Positions 62,122-64,000 of a stretch of 64,000 bases of DNA are shown one piece after another. The stretch is from positions 14,930 through 78,929 of the forward strand of contig JAWKRM010000020.1 in NCBI GenBank assembly GCA_041389625.1. The letters are read 5' to 3'. Position 1 is the first letter of the stretch; every line of letters starts with the position of its first letter. Under the pieces are notes generated by a model, which saw only the letters and a list, made by a program, of their open reading frames with translations, was not told the origin of the DNA and ran no database searches. Both the position numbers and the translations under genes were made by a program. The stretch is from Polyangiales bacterium (GTDB lineage Bacteria > Myxococcota_A > Polyangia > Polyangiales > JAWKRM01).

Positions 62122-62381
62122 ACGCGTTTCTGTCTCGGTTGTCCGCGAGGCGAACCTAACTGGCCTCGTCGGTCCGGCGGGTACCTATTGCCGAGCGCGC
62201 CGTAGGATGGCTGCCGCCCAGGACTCCGATGCTCGCCTCAAACCCTTCGGCGCGCCTTGCTCGGAGTCCGTCGCCTTCCCGGGTCATATGGCATGGGCCC
62301 CGATCGAAGGCAACACAAACCCTCCGTCTCACCGCGACAATGCTGTGAAAAAAGGCACTGTGGATAACTCGCCGCTTGGCC

Positions 62382-64000
62382 TCACGCGAGCTCCACCTCG
62401 ACCGCCTTCTGAAGCGGCTCGGCCCCAGCGCCCGTGGGAAAATCGCTCGGCGGAAACCGGAGACGCAGGTGCGCGATCGCCACGCCCGCCTCCCGCGCAC
62501 CATCGCGCACGAATCGCTCGAACGCTCGCACCGGCATGCGCTGGTCGTTCGATGAAAGCAGAACGCGCGCCCCACGGTCGGAGACACGGAAGATCGCCGC
62601 CGCCAGTCGGATCCAGTCGCGCCCGGACTCGAACCGCGATCGCTTCGTGGTGGCGTAGGTCGGTGGGTCCGCAACGATGACGTCGAAGCGCCTCCCGACC
62701 TCCGCCAACTTGGCAAGGAGTTCAAAGGCGTCGACCCGCGCGAACTCGTGCTTCCGGTCGGTCGACGGGAGACCCACGTTTCGCCGTCCCCAGTCGAGGG
62801 CCGGCTGGGCGGCGTCCACACTCAACGTCGAAGTCGCCCCCCCGCGCACGGCGGCAACCGTGAATGCACAGGTATAGGAAAACAGGTTGAGCACGCGCTT
62901 GCCCGCGGACCATGCCGCCACGCGGGCACGGTTCGTCCGCTGGTCGAGGAAAACACCCGTGCTTAGACCGTCGCCGAGACGCACGTGGAGCGGGAGTCCG
63001 AGCTCGTGCACGACGAACTCCTCGGGCGCATCGTGGCCACGCACGGCGCATGAAGGCGCAACCTCGTCTCGGCGTGTGTCGACGAGCGTGCTCGCTTGCC
63101 GCGGTCGGTGCTTCACGTAGACGCCCGCGAACCCAAGGTTGCTCGCCGCGTCGAGCAAGCGCCCGGCGTTCGCCTCCGCCTCATCCGACATGAGATGGGC
63201 GACCAGGAAGTCACCGTATCGATCAAGGGCAAACCCGGGGACACCATCCGCCGCGCCGTGCAGGAGGCGGAACACGTCGGTGTCGTCCAGGGCACGGGCG
63301 AGGCCCCAGCGTGCATCGACGGCGGTTCGAATGCGGTCGGCGAGCGCCGCATCGTTTCCCGGAATACCGTCGTCGCCACGGAGCCACGCCGCAAAGGGCT
63401 CGGGAATCGGCGCCTCCACGTGCACGCGTTCCCCGTGCACGGGATGCGCGAATTCGAGTTCCGCGGCGTGAAGAAGAAGACGTGGCGCCGGCACATCGCC
63501 GTAGGCGGCATCGCCCGCCACGGGTGTCCCCTCCGCCGCGAGTTGGGCACGGATCTGGTGTGTACGCCCCGTCTCAAGGGCAATGTCGAGGAGCGCCCGT
63601 TCGCCGCACCGCTCGCGCACGCGGGCCCGGAGACGCGCGGGTTTGCCGTGCGGATCCCCGGGCCGCACCACTTCGGCGCGACCATCACGAAACGCGAGGT
63701 GATGCTCGAGCACCCGTTCCCCTTCATCGCGCCACCCGACGACCGCCGCCACGTATCGCTTCTCCACCGCGCGCGACTCGAATGCGGCCGCGAGGCCGGC
63801 ATTCGCCTCCGTCGCGCGGGTCAGCACCAGGGCCCCGGAGGTACCCGCGTCGAGCCGTTGATGCACACCGAGATAGATGTCTTCCGCGCGCACGCCCTCG
63901 CGGGTCGCGTAGTACCGCCGAAGGCGAGTCACGAGATCGTCGGGATGCGACGGATCCGCCGCCTGCGACGGCACGCCGGGCGGCGCGTTCATCACCACGA
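62382..64000 (-). CDS. Fusion protein: RluA-family pseudouridine synthase (N-terminus, runs off the window) plus RlmI/RlmK-like SAM-dependent RNA methyltransferase (C-terminus)
   Basis: The pseudouridine-synthase motifs are HQRLDAGTSGALVL (HRLD-type catalytic Asp) and ETGRTHQIRAQL. Next comes a PUA-like/methyltransferase part with GVFLDQR, VLNLFSYTCAFT and VIVADPPTY. The frame is open to position 64000. Confidence 0.75.
   Translation of the reverse strand, partial: VVMNAPPGVPSQAADPSHPDDLVTRLRRYYATREGVRAEDIYLGVHQRLDAGTSGALVLTRATEANAGLAAAFESRAVEKRYVAAVVGWRDEGERVLEHHLAFRDGRAEVVRPGDPHGKPARLRARVRERCGERALLDIALETGRTHQIRAQLAAEGTPVAGDAAYGDVPAPRLLLHAAELEFAHPVHGERVHVEAPIPEPFAAWLRGDDGIPGNDAALADRIRTAVDARWGLARALDDTDVFRLLHGAADGVPGFALDRYGDFLVAHLMSDEAEANAGRLLDAASNLGFAGVYVKHRPRQASTLVDTRRDEVAPSCAVRGHDAPEEFVVHELGLPLHVRLGDGLSTGVFLDQRTNRARVAAWSAGKRVLNLFSYTCAFTVAAVRGGATSTLSVDAAQPALDWGRRNVGLPSTDRKHEFARVDAFELLAKLAEVGRRFDVIVADPPTYATTKRSRFESGRDWIRLAAAIFRVSDRGARVLLSSNDQRMPVRAFERFVRDGAREAGVAIAHLRLRFPPSDFPTGAGAEPLQKAVEVELA

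Noticed and set aside
62122-62381. Several larger intergenic gaps might hide a tRNA or small RNA gene: 62122-62381, 44482-44676, 40594-40750, 58264-58380 and 3190-3403.
   Set aside because: None shows a T-loop GGTTCGAATCC-like box or a cloverleaf arrangement on either strand. They look like promoter and 5'-leader regions or short GC hairpins. This rests on visual inspection only.

Overview
This is a very GC-rich bacterial chromosomal segment. The gene content suggests a myxobacterium-like organism: many Cys-rich or RCC1 lipoproteins, a membrane Ser/Thr kinase and giant TPR proteins. I support about 46 protein-coding genes. I found no rRNA, tRNA, CRISPR array, transposase, integrase or recognisable phage or defence module. 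The main blocks are as follows. (i) 1.7-10.6 kb: an ethylmalonyl-CoA pathway cluster (PrpR/RamB-type regulator, meaB, ecm, ccr, mcd, mch). The 5' third of ecm is broken by many frame changes. (ii) 10.7-18.4 kb: secreted proteins, ribE, hemB and a frameshifted hutH. (iii) 18.5-31 kb: a tightly coupled operon that starts with two paralogous proteins of about 1,600 aa with TPR-like helical repeats, followed by a catalytically degenerate metallophosphoesterase-like protein, nadD, an acyltransferase and an epimerase. This is the best candidate here for something undescribed. (iv) 33-38.5 kb: topA and a DprE1/DprE2-like pair. (v) A Cys-rich repeat lipoprotein ending in an endostatin-like domain, then a ClpA-like ATPase and a kinase. 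(vi) Housekeeping genes: holA, rpsT, icd, kbl-tdh, murJ, engB, mepA. (vii) A 1,246-aa SWIM-SNF2 helicase and a pseudouridine-synthase/methyltransferase fusion at the right edge. All functional calls rest on motif recognition in the supplied translations. No database search was run.
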